The notes under the pieces were generated by a model. The model ran no database searches, was not told where the DNA came from, and worked only from the letters and a program-made list of their open reading frames with translations. This document shows, piece by piece, positions 63,313-64,000 of a DNA stretch of 64,000 nucleotides. This DNA comes from Lingula anatina (taxonomy: Eukaryota > Animalia > Brachiopoda). The translations under genes and the position numbers were made by a program. The DNA lies in the NCBI GenBank assembly GCA_051362555.1, contig CM120642.1, forward strand, positions 5,208,001 to 5,272,000, written 5' to 3'. Position 1 is the first letter of the stretch, and every line of letters starts with the position of its first letter.

Positions 63313-64000
63313 CTGTAAATATACAAAAAAGCTGAATATCAAAGAAGTCTACATTAATGACTATGCAAAAGGGGTTACTTTTTAGTATAGACAACTAAAA
63401 ATTCAATTGCTTGACTATCACAAAAAGGAACTTACTTAATAATATAAAGAAATTAAAATTTTTTCCTTCAAATTATAATGCAGTTGGAACTGGTAAAAAA
63501 AGGCATGTATACTCATATCAAGACTACTAATTGGTGGGTACCATATTTTGACCACTCAGAAATGTACAAAACTGGCAATTGTAGTACTATTAAACCAAAT
63601 GTTATCACCTGGCATAAGGAGCCATGTGCATAGGAGGTAAAAAAAAAAAAAAAAAAAAAAATCAGAAATGAAAAACCAAACTGTGATTAAGAGTTTCATG
63701 ACAAAGACAAGAACAAAATTTGTAGGTATAATGAACAAGCCACTGGGAACTAGTGAAAATCACCACCATTTGCTCTCAAAATTATTAACATTTTTTTCTT
63801 TGTTTCACAACAAACATTAAGAGCAATACTTATGGACCAAATAATCACCAATGCTTTAAAAGGGGTGATTATATTGTTTCTCATTTGCCTAGGTCATCAT
63901 GACATTTCAGAAATATGAAGAATTCTGTAATGGCTAAGTGTAAGTGCCAATGATAGCATTACATGGAATAAATATCAGGTAGTCATGCAATCAAATTCAG

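Noticed and set aside
1-64000. tRNA, rRNA, snRNA genes and autonomous transposase/RT ORFs
   Set aside because: No convincing cloverleaf, rRNA segment or transposase/RT motif noticed by eye; tRNAscan-SE, Infernal and RepeatMasker would be needed to exclude them.

Overview
Intron-rich, AT-rich eukaryotic (invertebrate animal, probably marine) genomic DNA; no prokaryotic features, CRISPR, tRNA or rRNA seen. Gene models were built by hand from GT-AG splice sites and frame continuity: PIBF1/CEP90 (15 coding exons, +), an orphan secreted prepropeptide-like gene (+), a (6-4) photolyase (10 coding exons, +), a divergent calmodulin-like gene (-), an LRR-Ig-TM receptor (+), an orphan disordered protein (+), a Cys-rich SMB-like ectodomain protein with no 7TM region and a probable GPI signal (+), a small 2-TM orphan (-), a probable decayed pseudogene of the Cys-rich family (-), a head-to-head galactose-3-O-sulfotransferase (-) / alpha-1,3-fucosyltransferase (+) pair, and the last exon of GPSM/Pins (-). 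Mobile DNA includes a ~2 kb non-autonomous Helentron-like element carrying three different internal tandem arrays, a decayed second one, and several MITEs. Best candidates for something new: the divergent sulfotransferase/fucosyltransferase pair (possible sulfo-Lewis-type glycan module), the orphan prepropeptide whose terminal splice acceptors lie in a long hairpin, the LRR receptor with a duplicated stop-containing alternative exon, and the 7TM-less GPCR-type ectodomain. All family calls come from motif recognition, with no database search.
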